A stretch of DNA of 64,000 bases from Somniosus microcephalus. Its lineage: Eukaryota. A program made the translations under genes and the position numbers. Positions 50,820-64,000 of this stretch are shown here, in pieces (positions within the stretch are counted from its first letter, which is position 1; each line of letters starts with the position of its first letter). Location of the stretch: the NCBI GenBank assembly GCA_052327205.1, contig CM126223.1, positions 35,030,001 to 35,094,000 of the forward strand, in the 5' to 3' direction. The notes under the pieces were generated by a model. It was not told where the DNA came from and did no database searches. It worked only from the letters and a program-made list of their open reading frames with translations.

Positions 50820-52559
50820 TTTTATTTATGCAATTCATGTATGAACAAAAATGTAACCGGATTTTTAAAATTCCAGCTTTTTGTCGTCTATTCCAGCAGT
50901 GGTGATGCAAGAAGGCTTCCTACGCAGGGCGCTGACACGGTGCCATTAATCAAATCACTAAAAGTCCCAGATCACTTACTTGTACGTTCCAGTTTTTATG
51001 TTTTAACTTTCCATTTTTAGCTATCCAGTTCCATCAGCCTCTGTTGTGTTCACCTCGCACCTCAATATCTTACACATCGAGATATTTCCAATTCTGCAAC
51101 TCTGTTTCCTATGTTCTTACCATTAGTATAAAAAACGGAGTTTCTCACTGTTTTATTATTACATTGCCCTATTTCTACCCCTTGTTTTTTCCATACCATT
51201 TACTTGTAAGCACTTTCCCTTGGGTTTCAACTCAAGAAGGGTGTTGAGGGACAGACCTGTATTAATGGTGGTGTTGTTTTCACCTTGACATCAATGCACT
51301 TCACACACTCCCAGTGCAGTCACACGCTGAGTGGCTATCAGTAGCAAGAAACTTGGCTGATTTTCCCTTCTTAGCCCAGTCGTGCTGAGGTCAGCTACAG
51401 TCACCAACTGGGTTGAGATCTGCTAACTCCACATAGACCAGGTTAAACCTGGGGACCTTCCTTATGTGGACAGCTTGGCTATTCTTAACCAACTGATCTA
51501 CTGGGGCAGCTTCCAGTAGGTAACTATAAGTAGAAAGAAGTCAGTAAAAACTTTCAGAAGCCAGGACAGAATCTGAAACTGGAGCATGCTAATGAGACAA
51601 GAGACTACAAAGATTAAACAAAATTCCCCTGTTTCTAACTGTAGATAAATTGAAAGGTCACACACTAAAACCATCTGACTTAAGTTGCTTTGTGTTCACG
51701 TTCTGAAGTTATAAATATCAGGAATAGTCTGGCTGACGCATGCAATGTACACTCCTTCAAACAAAACCAGTGTTATCTGCATAAGCACAGTTTGCATTAT
51801 TCACATAGAGACTAAAGCCAAGACTTTGCACAGTAAGGACTGAGATCCCTCAGCTGCACAACCATTATTGAAATTACTTCTTGTTCCCTTTAAGTACTTT
51901 TGTATCACCAATGTGATGATAGCTGACTGCTGATGTGCAGGTCTTGCAGAGGCTATTCTGGATCTAATCTTTAGTAATCACTCACTTGAACTCGCATGTA
52001 AGTGGCCTAGCAGCAGTGAAATGCTGTGTGTCTCCCGATCTTTCAGAATTCCGACCTCCTCTGGTAAATGTGTTGAGCCAGTTCAGTGCATCAGTGTGCA
52101 AAACAGTGTTACGCTGTGAGCACACTGAAGTATGGGGCCAGTTCAGTGACAAAATGGGCAATTGCCAATTAGATGCGAGCCATTAAATAAAGTTAGTAAG
52201 TCCAGTGCCAAAATAGTTGGGGAAAAAACCTATTCAGTTCACTGCTCCAAAAATGTGCAGCATGGTCTCGGTGCATCTAATCAACCGCCAGCCACCAAGT
52301 GGGAGATGGATGCCAGACTCAAATATGTCTGGAGAGAAATGAGGGTGAGGTGATTTTTGTGGTACTCCCCCAAGCCCCAGACTGCACCGGGTCACAATGT
52401 AGAAGGGCCTCTTACTATCTTGATATTGCTGCAATCTCTTGGGTCAAAAAGATACCAACTAAATGTAGGGGAAAATAAAGGCAAAAAAAAGACCAAGAAA
52501 ATAATGGAAAAGCTCTGTGTTTATACTAATGGTTGGAACACAGGAAAGATGTCTGCAAA

Positions 52560-54760
52560 CGGGACAACATAAAATGAGTTGTAATATGGAAGGGGCAGAG
52601 ACCTGGTTAAACCATGACATTGACTGTGAGCCTAAAGTACCAGGGCAAAGAGTATACAGAAGGGATAGGCACTGCAGCAAAGTGGGTGTTTGGGGGGAGG
52701 GGGAGGTTGTGTCAATATGGGTAAGCAAGGCATGTAAAAAGGTCAGAACATTAATTGACTTTCAAATTACTCGGGTGTTACCTCGAAAGCAACCAAGGAA
52801 AAACGAAAATGAGCACTTGTTTCTAAAAGTGGTGCAGGATTGTCTCTTACTCCGTTTGACTCACAGGCAATGCAGGCTATTCTGGATCTAATCTTTAGTA
52901 ATTACCCAGGAATGATGTATAAGGCAGTTGTAGGAAAACATCTAGGAGAGTGCCGGCTTCTTCCAGAAGGCAAACTGAGGAGCTAAAGAAAATATTAGAA
53001 AAAGATTACAAGAGGGACCCGAAAAAGCACTCATGTTAATAGCAGAAGAAAGGTCAAAGAACAAGAAGGTCTGTTGAAGGATAAATTGGGAGAAACTATA
53101 CATGATTGTCAGGATATGGCAGAGACATTGAATGGTTTCTTCACATCAGTTTCCACAAAGGAGAACTGTAGACAAATTCTAGTAAATGGGGCAAAGTGAT
53201 ATGTATAACAAATATAGGAGTCCGTAAATAATGTGTTATAGAGAAACTGGAAGAATTAAATATCGGCAAAACTCCTGGGCCAGATGGAATACATTCTTAA
53301 GTACTCAAGGAATTAAAGAAGGAAATTATTGATGGTTTGGTTGATATTTTTCAGAGTTCCATAAATACCAGGAAGTACCAAGGTCGCCAGGGTGGTAAAT
53401 CTAGTTCCAATATTCAAAAAAGTAGTAAGATGCAAACATGGTAATCACAGGCCAGTTACCCTAACATCCATAGTGGAGAAAAATGTTTTGAGGGCATTCT
53501 AAAGGATGTAATAAATGAACATTTAAATAACACAAGTATCACAAGGTAAAGTACAGTCACCATGGTTTCAGAAGTAATAGCCTTAAAAACCTACTGGAAT
53601 TCTGCAGGGGGGAAATAAGCTAGTGAACAAGAATTTTCAAAAGATACAGTATTTGATGAGGTTCCTGACATGAGACTAGAAAGGAAGCTGAAGATTCATG
53701 ATGCAAAGCTCTGTGGGATATTAATGGATAGAAAGGAGATAGGTTATCTTCAAGAGATTTGGATCAATTATTTAGATGGTCTGAGATATGGCAAGAGGAT
53801 TTTATTCTGGATAAATTTAGAGTATTGCATCTAGGAAGAGGTGATAGTGAATATATTTACAAGACAAAATTTCTGCTGCAGCATATCAAACTCCTAGAGT
53901 TTCAGCTGGTCTTATTAAAGGGTGGGAACATTCAAGAAGGGATAACACGAATGGGAATCCAGTGGCAGAACCCAAATAGAAAAGGATTTGGGAGTGATCA
54001 TACTCTGAAAGCATTTAGTCAGTGCAAGGTGGTTATTAATCAGGCGAACCAGATCCTGGGTCTCATCTGGAGGTCACTGGACTACAAGTCATAAGTTTTG
54101 GACAGATAAATGGTGATGCCAATTCTGGAGCATGGATACAGTTTGGATAACCCTACATCGAAAAGGATATATATGTATTAGAAAGTGTTCCGAGAAGAGT
54201 GACCAGAATGATTCCATGCCTTAGAGAACTAAGTTATGAAGTAATGTTCGAGCAACTATATTTATTTTCATTGGTAAATACTGAGGGAAGACTAGATTCA
54301 TGTCTTCAAAATAATGAAAGGTATAGATAAAGTTGAAATAAACAACATATTTAACAAGGGCAAAGAGCACAGAACCAGAGGGAAAAAGAAAATTCTAATT
54401 CAAAAGAAAATGTACAAACCTTGAGCAAGGTTAAAGAATAGAAACAAATCACCCCCCCGCCCGCCCGCCCCGGATAATGGATGTGTGCAATAAACTGTCA
54501 GAGAAGAGCGTTGATTCAAGATCGATTGGCATCTTTGAAAAGGAGTCACATCATTCTCTGTTGAGAATTGGGATTAAAAGTTATATAGGTACTTAACAAC
54601 ACATGACTTTTTTTTCATGGGAGGTCAGAGAGGAATTTACTAAGGGAGAGATCAACAGGTGGTGTGGGAGGCAAGTGCATGATAGAATAATCTGACATAG
54701 ACTGGATGAAGAGGGCCAATGGCTGAATGACATTTTCTTGCTTTGTATTGTCTTATGTTT
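52560..54760 (+). mobile_element. Ancient decayed CR1 LINE
   Basis: AILDLIFSN, NGFFTSVSTKE, KTPGPDGIH, RPVTLTSIV and ESVPRRVTRMIP remnants in order. Confidence 0.78.
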
Positions 54761-57700
54761 TCACTCCTAGTTCCCTAATCTTTAATTTATGTCCCTTGGT
54801 ATTTAAACTCTTCATCAAAGTGAGCAATTTGCCTGAATCGATTTCTTTCACAATCTTGAAAGCTTCAATAAATTCCCCTTAAAGTCTCATTATTTTTCTG
54901 AGGAAACGAGCTCTACTTATTTAATCTCTCCTCCAAACTTAAATTTCTGATACCCAGAATCATATTTGTTGCTCTGCTCTGTACCCTCTCGGTAGCATTT
55001 ATCCTATGATCACATGGCCAGTACTCTGGGACAAGGGTTTCCTCTGTTTGCCACTTGCACCTGCATCTTTATGTACAAATTTACTACAAATAGCAAACAG
55101 GAAATCTTCCCTTGATGATCAGACCAGATTAGATTTAGGTCAACGTCTTGAGCTCTGCTCAACACACCACAAAAAAACAGATTTACATTACAAAGGATAC
55201 AGAAAACAACACGACTGATCCCAGTGTAAAGGGAACGAGCTACCAGGGAAGAATGGAGAAACTGAAGCTTCATAGCCTGGAAAGAAGGTAGATAAGGGGG
55301 AATATTACTCGTCAGAAAAGTAGAACATAATGGAAATTAGGGAATGTAACATAGCAACAAAAAAATCGAGTAGTAAAGTTATGTGCAAAAATGTGGGAAT
55401 GTTAAAATATAATTAGATGCGATGATGGAAGATTGAATTCACTAGAGGGATGGGCTTTTATAGGAAAGTTCATGTATTAGAGGGATGGCTTTTGAGGAGA
55501 GATTTAATGCACTAGGGAGATGGGCTTCAATAGGAAAGTTTATGTGCTAAAGAATTGGGCTTCAGTGAGATTGAATGTACCGGAGGGATGGACTACAATG
55601 GAAGAGTTAATATACGGAATAGATCAAATGCTGTTTTCTCAGATTGTTCTTATACAGCAGCGATAAATTTATATTCTCTTGTTAATATAACCCAGTACCT
55701 CATTTGTCTTTCTAATAGAACTAAGCACTATGTTGACAGTTTCTTATCCACTATAATTTCTAGATATCTCTCCTGATCAGCCAGCAGGACCACCATGTGA
55801 TGCATACACTCCCCCTTTTTATTCCTTTCTCCCACCGTAATTATTTTCTGCTCTTCCACATTGAACTATATTTTGCCATCTATCAGCCCAGTTCCTAAGA
55901 GATCTAAATCATTCTAAACCTGGTTGTATTGTTCCTCATTTATTCTGCATCCCATTTTCCTATTGCTTGCAAACTATAGATTTTTCTAACTACACTTTTC
56001 TAAATTATTCATGCATATTACTAATAGAAAAGGCCCCAGTACTGATCATATTTAATAGTTCTGCTATTTCTTTATCCCTGGATTCCAGTTTCTCACTTAT
56101 TATGAAGTGGACCAATATTTATCACCCATTGTACTCTTTTTATATTCAAATAACCCTTAATTGTTATTTGAGATGTTCTCAGAAGACTAACATTCAACAT
56201 TTTGTTTGGCTTCTCTTGTTACTAACTAAAGCCATCTGTTTATCCCTAATACTATTTTTTCCATCCCTATTTAACCATGTCCTCCTTCGTTGCCCTTTAA
56301 TGTATTTTGATATTGGCTATAATTAATTTCAATTGTTTCCTTACAAATAGTTCTTCAAATACTTATACTTTTCTAAGGAAGATTTCTAAATGATTAATTT
56401 TTCAGTTAACCTTTAAGTCCTTGTGTATTCCCCTCACTCTGCTCTTTTAAAGTCTAGTATTTTCTATCATTGGCCTTTCTTCCATGATATGTTATGAGTA
56501 TGGAGTTGCTATAGTCCTTCAACGGGGAACTTGACAAGTTCCTGAGAGACAAGATCACTCCCAGTTACAAGGAGTAAATTACTAGTTAGTTGTGAAGTAT
56601 GTTGATTCATGCCCAGGCACAATCTCCTGGTGCTTACTCGGTTGCCTTGGGAATTGGAGAGGAGTTTGTCAGAGTTTTTCCTGAATTGCCTGCAGTTTGT
56701 TTTTTTATCTGTCCCAAGAAATAGCATGGTATTGCTGGGAGGGGAAGGGGTGGCGGGGTGAGGTAAACAGTGTACAAGGTTATGCTATTGACTGGATGGG
56801 GTGGGCTTAATGGGGCTTATACCATTTCTTGCCTTTTTCGTACGATCTTGTATCCTCAAATATTTCAGTGTAATTTATATTATTATAACTGGATCCTGGA
56901 TGCTTCCTTATGTATGATTGATGTACCATACCTGTTTCATTGTTAAAGATCAGACCCAGAATAGCCTCTGCCTGTTTTGGCTGCACAACAATCCTGCACC
57001 ACTTTTAGAAACACGTGCTCCTCTTTTCCAGAAATTATGTGGATAATTTAAGAGTCAATTAATGTTCTGACCTTTTTCCATGCCTCACTTACCCATATTG
57101 GCACAGGACCACCTGCTTTGTTGCAATATCTGTCCTTTCTCTCTACTTTTTGCCCTGGCGTTTTAGTCTCCCAAATCAATGTCATTTAACCAGGTGTCTG
57201 CTCTTCCTGTTACATCATACATTTTTTCCAATCTGCAAACTTGTTTCCAAACGTGCTTCTAATATTAGTATACACACGCTGCACTTTTCCTTCTCTTACT
57301 TTTTCTGCTTTCTTTTTGCCCTTTGTTCTTTCTCTTCAACTTTTACCCATAAACACTTTCTATGCACATAGAAATACAATAAATAGCTTTACATACCATC
57401 CCCATGGCATTACTGAACCCCTGTATAAACTAGTATTAAAACTGATCAAGTCATTTTCTGTATTGGCTGCCATACAAAATAACTGATAATCAGTATGATA
57501 GAGAACCAAATCTGAATTCAGAGTGCTTGTCTCTACCTTGTTCACTGGTTTGAAGCAGGTCCTACTGCCCTTATTCTCTCCACGCACAATGAACAGGAAA
57601 CCGACAGCCAGGTAGCTGGTCATCTCAGCTCCTCTCCCTAATTGCACCTCATTTCATTTATTTATTCAGGTTTTCTCTCAGAATTCTTAACTGTGCTTTC

Positions 57701-59127
57701 AGCAGGATAACATTTAACTGTGTATCAGTGAACCTCACAATTAACTGTCTGGGGTGTGGGCGAGGGAACTGCACACACCAAGTAAGGAACCTCTCTCTCT
57801 CGAAAGGAATCCATACCCCAAATATTGTCTCCAGAGTCAGTCGGTGGAGCCTGCAGCTGTCACCAAAGAATATCTGGCTTTTAATATTTCAAGTTAATTC
57901 ATCAAATGACCCAAGCACAGACAGATGCACTGGAACCCTGGTGAGGCCATTTCAAATGCACCTGAACACTTGCTAGAGACATCTAAGAGTAGAAGAGCAT
58001 GTCATGTCAATTAGCTTTCACTGTGGCCTCATCCGCAGATTAAGAAATACGTCCTGCAACATACATCTATGAAGTGTTACCTCTTTTATTCTCACTGCCT
58101 CATAAGCAAGTCCAGCCAACATTAAACAGGACTGATTCCAGTCCTGCTGATGGTGGGAATTAGCTGATTCCGAATAAGTAAGTACAAATAAAAAGAAATT
58201 GCAAATCAAATAAAAAACAAAAGACTTGGAATGTACACAGCAGGCCACTCAGCTTCTGTAAGAAAAGGCAGGGTCATGTTTCAGCTGTGGACCCTTCAGA
58301 TCCGGAGACGACAAGATGAGTGAGCTCTTTAACTGAACTGAACAAAGCAAAAGGGTTGGAGGAAGAGAATTAAATACATAAAATAGCTGGGGCTAGCGCA
58401 CAGAGAGCAGACTCTCACAGGCAGGGGCATGCAGTTCTCAACAGATGATTAGGCACTAACCATTTAGTGGTACTAGATGGTTTCAGTTTTTGACCAATGT
58501 GAGTGGTCTTCATTATTTCCCAAAGTTGATGGTAATGGGTCCCATAACTAATTCCCCGTGTCTTCTCACCTCTGTGCTCTGAGTGCTGCTAGTCCACTTC
58601 AAAAGTGCATTTCGCAATGTCCATGTGTTCACTTCTGAATGCCTTTCTTAAGACTGGGACAGTCTGGTTCTGACACATTTTCTGACTTCCCACACTGCCG
58701 TTTCCATATTATTGTTTTTTTCTGTTGCCTGCTACTGACTTTTTGTAATACAGGACTCCTTTGGCTGAGACCTGTAGTCACCACATTGTTGCTGTCTTCA
58801 GCTACAAGCTTCAGCTCCATAGAGACTGCTCAATGGGCATTCCATTGGGCTTGCCAATGGCTGTCATGGATTTAGAGGATCAAGGGAAGTTTAGGCAGAG
58901 GGCAGAAAGGCAAGTGCGCTTGCAACTTGGGAGTTTGGCACCCAGCTGGAATTGACCTAGAAATGTTTTACGACTCGGGCACACCCATTTGGTTATGTCT
59001 GAGGAGACTTGTCTTTGCTGTCTCCACTTCACGAGGGAGGCTGTGACAGAATGATGCCGTCTGGAATCTGACCCGCAGAGAAGATCTAGTGCAATTAGTG
59101 CCCTGACGATTGGTATGAATCTCACCA

Positions 59128-59465
59128 CAACAACTTGCATCTATATAGAGCCTTTAACGTAATAAAACAACCCAGGGTACTTTACAGGAGTGTAATCAGA
59201 CAAATATTGACACCGAGCCAAAGAAGGAGATATTAGGACAGATTGGTCAAAGAGGTAGGTTTTAAGGAGGGTCTTAGTGGAGAGGCAGAAAGGTTTAGGG
59301 AGGGAATTCCAGAGCTTAGGGCCTAGACAGCTGAAGGCATGGTCACCACTAGTGGGATGAGGGAGTGGGGGTGTACAAGAGCCCAGAGTAGGAGGAACAC
59401 ACAGTTCTTGGGTTGTAGGGCTGGAGGAAGTTACAGAGGGATTTGAATGCAAGGATTGAATTTTA
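59128..59465 (-). mobile_element. L2 LINE 3' fragment
   Basis: caacaacttgcatctatatag terminus; AFSCLGPKLWNSLP and LLKTYLF motifs. Confidence 0.85.
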
Positions 59466-60067
59466 ACATAGCTGGATCCTTTCAAGCTATCACTTGTGCC
59501 ATTTGCCACATTATACAGATTTCAGTCCACTAACTTATGTCACAGTACCTTTGTCCATTTCCCATTGGAAAGGAGGCAACAACACAAGAGGGTGAAGCAC
59601 CTTATCAGGTGACGGGCTTCCCTGAAGTGTAAGATTCAATTGATGGTACAATTTCAACAATCAAGGTCTGCAATAACAATCTTCCAGCTTAATGCAGGTG
59701 AATGCGCTATATCCAGCAACAGTCAGGATGACTTAACTTTGCCGCAGTCCACTTTGTCAGCACTATTTCAAGCAGCAGACAGACTGGGTAAATTACTGCA
59801 AGGAGACTAGAGCTACCCGCTGGAGCCCTGGTCATTAACACCACTGAGGAGCCGAGGCCAACCGAAAGTACAGTGACTCCATCTGAATAGTGGTGGAATA
59901 TACAGCCAGCATGCTGAAGTGCATTGGGATGCTTTGTATGTTAAAGGCAAAATATAAATCAGCTGAGATGCTGCTTTAAAGTTCTGATAACTGCCTGTAA
60001 TTACTGTGTCTTGTATAATTTGGCAATTCATTCAGCTGAGGATCAGCAAGGTCAGCCTGGGCTCTTC

Positions 60068-60399
60068 ACAGAATCACAGAAACCCCACAGTGCAGATAGA
60101 GGCCATTTCGGCCCATCGAGCCTGCACCGACACATATCCCACCCAATCCCCGTAACCCCTACACCTAACACATATCCCCATTTAATCCCCCTAACACTAA
60201 GGGTCAATTTATCATAGCCAATCAACCTAACCCGCACATCTTTGGACTGTGGGAGGAAACCGGAGCACCCGGAGGAAACCCACGCAAACACGGGGAGAAT
60301 GTGCAAACTCCACACACACAGTCGCCCGAGGCCGGATTCGAACCCGGGTCCCTGGCGCTGTGAGGCAACAGTGCTAACCACTATGCCACCGTGCTGCCC
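60068..60399 (-). mobile_element. Full-length tRNA-derived V-SINE (HE1-like)
   Basis: Minus strand has A box tggcatagtgg, B box ggttcgaatcc and V-domain tgtggagtttgcacattctccccgtg...ttcctcccacagtccaaaga, with a CR1-type tail. Confidence 0.9.
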
Positions 60400-61529
60400 T
60401 GAGGAGAAGGAAGAGGAGGATTGTGAAATGACCGAGGCTGATGTGCAGCCAGGAAAACTGGTGCATCAATCATTGATTGACATAACTTTCCAGTAAAAGT
60501 ACACTGTGACCCTGCACTAATGGTCCTCGCACCCTTGCTATATTATAGGAGCCCTATTAACAACATGCCGGGCCTAATCACTTTTGCTGCTATCCCTGTC
60601 TGCTTCGCCCCCCCTGCAAAATTCATATGACCCCTGCTGACAAATTACCCAGTATAATCCAAAGAGAGTGCAACCAGTATACTTCCCTACTCAAGTTTTG
60701 TGTCTTGCTTCAATGTGTATTTCCCTACTGCTTGTCCTTGGTGAGAATGTAGGGTGGGTTGTATTTTCTACCTAATCTTATGCTCTTTCTAAGTGCCACA
60801 TCACTGAGAGGAGTAAGTATGGTGACAGGCTGCTCCCAATGGAGACCTGGGGGTAGCGATTCTCTCTGTTAGATCACCAAATAACCTGTAACTACTGCTG
60901 GCACTTTGGTGTTTGTGCTGGCTGGGTGCTTCTGTCCATGGCCTACGTCTTCTGTGGTCCTCTGAGGAGGCCTGCTGGATGAGGAAGATGGAGCATCAGC
61001 CAGAGAGGTAAATGCCTTGTGTGCTTCTTATCGCTAAGCCCCAGCTGTTGGGTGCCGCTTGCAAATGATCAAGGATCAGCGTGGGGACAGATCCTTGGCC
61101 ACCACTCAGGAGTGTCAAGTCTACCAGCAAGGTCCTCTCCAGCTGATCTCCAACCCCACCCCCCCCCAAGAATTGAGAGGCTCCAGCAAAATGCAGCTAA
61201 AGGTCTCAGCAGCAGTAGATACAATGTTGCCCAGCAACACTACCTCTGCAGTTGGGCCTTCTGCAGATCACCCACCTAGAGTGACGATTCGTTCCATGAT
61301 GGTCTGCAGGTTTCTAAAATCCCCTCACATATCTATATAGATGTCAGAATACCACCATCATATATTCTCCTCCATTCCATGTAGGGGGTGCTGAAGATTC
61401 TCAATGGACTACATGAAGCACTTATGCTGATTAAGTTCAGCTTTGTTTGCAGCCCCTGTTTGGACCCACAGCAGATGCCGGTCTGGATCTAGCCCTTCCT
61501 CTTGTTGCTGCTCATCTGCTGCCTTTAAA

Positions 61530-61916
61530 CATTAGCCTTGGATCAGTAGTTGCACTCTCACCTCTAAGTCAGAAGGTTGTGGGTTTGAACCCCACTCTAG
61601 GACTTGAGTATATAACCTAAGTTGACACAAAGGTACTAAGGGGGTGCTGCATTGTGGTGCCATCTTTTGGATGAGACATTAAACAGGTAGATGTAAATGA
61701 TCCCATGGCACTACTTGTCTCTCAATCAACATCATCAAAAATAGATTCACTAGTTATTCATCTTATTGCTGTTTGTTGCACCTGGTGTAAATTGACTGCC
61801 TTGTTTGTCTACATAACAATAATGATACACTTCAAAGGTAATTTATTGGCCACAAAGTGCTTTGGGATGTTCTGAGGATGTGAAAGGTGCTATATAAATG
61901 CAAGTTTGTTCTTTAT
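61530..61916 (+). mobile_element. Deu-domain SINE
   Basis: Same head, core and tail organisation as 28980-29395. Confidence 0.7.
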
Positions 61917-64000
61917 TTGTCCACTTGCTCCTCCTCACTGGTGCTAGGTGCTTCCCAATGAGCTCCCTCAGGACTCTGTCGGACTTCCTTGAAGTGGATG
62001 TTTCTGTGCTGGTGCCTGTATGTTGGAGTGCTTAACAGGTGCCCATGTGATGGGCTTGCTCCCTGGTATTAGTTGTATCATCTTTGAAGCCCTCTACCAA
62101 AAGAAAAAAGGGATTTGTATTTGCATGAGATGTGCAGCAAAAGGCTGTGCACACAGTGCCATTCTGCTCAGGGGGTGGTGTCTATCTATGTGACTTGCCG
62201 GGCGAGTTTGAATAGCTGGCAAGAAAAACTGAAAGCGCTTACCTTGTTGGGCTACCACATAGTCACCAAGCTTTCTTTCTGTGGGCTCCACCCTCCAGTA
62301 ATTTGGAGGGCAGGGTCCTTATGGTGAATGAGGTAGCCTGGTGGACAGTCAGCCACCAGAGTGACTCTCTCGTCGTGGACAACCTTCTTCTTTAAAAATA
62401 GATGGTTTCAGCATAAGGACATAACACGAGTAACATCCTAAAGATCTACCTCCATTCACTTGGTATGAAAGGACAACTTTAGAGCACTCAAGTAGTTTTA
62501 CGAGCCATACTAACTTGGTAGCAAAACATGCAACAGTATGTGAGTCAAAGGAAGCCTTTCCCTTTGGCAGCCAGCCAGCTGCTGCTGCAGCTTTATAGAT
62601 GTGGTAGTTATAGGATTGTAAGATGTGAGGGGTGGGGCAAATGTTTTGCCTGCTGCATTTTGTGGGCTCATTGTTTTGTGACATTTCTTTCCCATGAACT
62701 GGCACGTTTTAGTCAACCCTAACGTGGCACTCTTCTCATTTGATCCCATGACCCAGTGGGAGACTGCATTCCGTCAGGTAGCCACTTCCTGCCATGCTTG
62801 CTGCACACTGGTTCAGTTGGGAACGTTCCCCTCAGCTCCAAGATTGACTCTCATCTTCTGCACATTGTGCAGCAACACATTCAGCCTCTCCTTGTAGGAG
62901 GTGGCACTCCTACTACTTGCTCCTGCCACCATCACAGCAGATTAACTAGCCATTCACCTTATTTTGTGGGACTATGAAAATTGAACAGCAGCAGCCCTTT
63001 AAGCGACGCTGCACTCTCCATTTCCTGTCCACCTGTTGCTATAGTATTCCATGTGCATGAGGAAAACATGTAGGAAGCATATTTAAATTAGGTGACGTCA
63101 ATGAATCAAACAAGGCTGCAGACCACTCGAGCACATGCAATTGCCACGAGCACAGGTGCATTTTCTCTGTGACCACGAAATTGGCCTGGAGGTGAAAGCT
63201 GTTGCGTAATGTACGTAGATCATTAGTGAACCTTTGGCTTAGGGGTAGCATTCCCACCCGAGTCAGAAGGTGCAGGATTTGAATCCCACTCCAGACAGTC
63301 CCAGGGAGTGGAGTCCGTAGCTCTGGCTCTGAATTCTCGGTTGACATCTCAGTGGATACTCGCGTCCAGTGGGTGCCCCCCCGCCCTCCCCCAAATCACA
63401 TGGGCTGTGGGAACCCATGAATCCCTCCCGCAGTATACGACTAACCACCCTATCGGTTGGTAGAAAGATAGCTGCGGCCATGGAAGGAGCATTCACTTCA
63501 TGGCCTGTCAGACTGTTAATGAGACCGTGAATCCTTCCACTACTTCACACTATTCTCCAAGGGAAGAGTGTGAAGATATGAAAACAACAACATCACAGTG
63601 AGCCAATGAAGGGGTATTAACAGAACAAGTGTGACTGCCGCTTCTTTATTCAGTGCCAATGGGCCTACTCTCTGTTTCCAGCCTTTTCTGTATTTATTTT
63701 CACTTCTTTCCAGTTTTCCAAATACCTGCTTATCAATTCAACTCTCTTCCTTCCAGTTTCCCTATTTGTTTTGTTCCCATTCCATTAAATAGCCTATCTC
63801 ATCAGACAGATCAACAGAAGGGCCTGCTGTGTAATTGCAGCATTTTCTGCTTTTTTTGTCCTGAATAAAATGTGTTGCATCTTTATGGTGTCACACGCAA
63901 ATGCTTCAGTGTTATTTTAGCAAGCTGATGTCATGACATCACAAACCTAACCTTTTACCGCAGCCCCCTTTAAACCACAACACGGCACACAGCCTCCTGG

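Larger units (their letters stand above)
58995..60480 (+). mobile_element. Fossil PIF/Harbinger DDE transposase, interrupted by L2 and SINE insertions
   Basis: Colinear remnants MSEETCL..LHFTREAVTE, AGSFQ, GFPEV*DSIDGT (from 59612), GD*SYPLEPWSLTPLR and CVLYNLAI. Confidence 0.75.

Noticed and set aside
51948-52901. Identical ~29-bp sequence aggctattctggatctaatctttagtaat present twice
   Set aside because: Part of a CR1 endonuclease remnant (AILDLIFSN); a local LINE fragment duplication with no evident function.

Overview
Vertebrate genomic DNA, most likely from a shark or other chondrichthyan given the HE1-type V-SINE, Deu-domain SINEs and CR1/L2 LINEs. The only convincing host gene is the 3' half of a + strand syntaxin-1 gene (best fit STX1A). 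It is preceded by more than 28 kb of repeat-filled intron, and its earlier exons lie outside the window. Main discovery: after the exon ending at the zero-layer Gln, the gene has two tandem 111-nt paralogous exons for the C-terminal half of the SNARE motif (34478-34588, syntaxin-2-like; 34666-34776, canonical syntaxin-1), only 77 nt apart. It also has two alternative transmembrane last exons (42349-42426, syntaxin-2-like; 49306-49386, canonical). One locus could therefore switch between a neuronal and a non-neuronal-type t-SNARE. A steric mutually-exclusive geometry, RBFOX motifs and a YCAY-rich minisatellite sit where such a switch would predict, and a candidate 9-nt microexon lies at 48102. 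The rest is CR1/L2 LINEs, SINEs, hAT and Harbinger elements, minisatellites, CT-rich tracts and one ~200-N gap. Homology calls come from recalled sequences, not database searches, and repeat boundaries are approximate.
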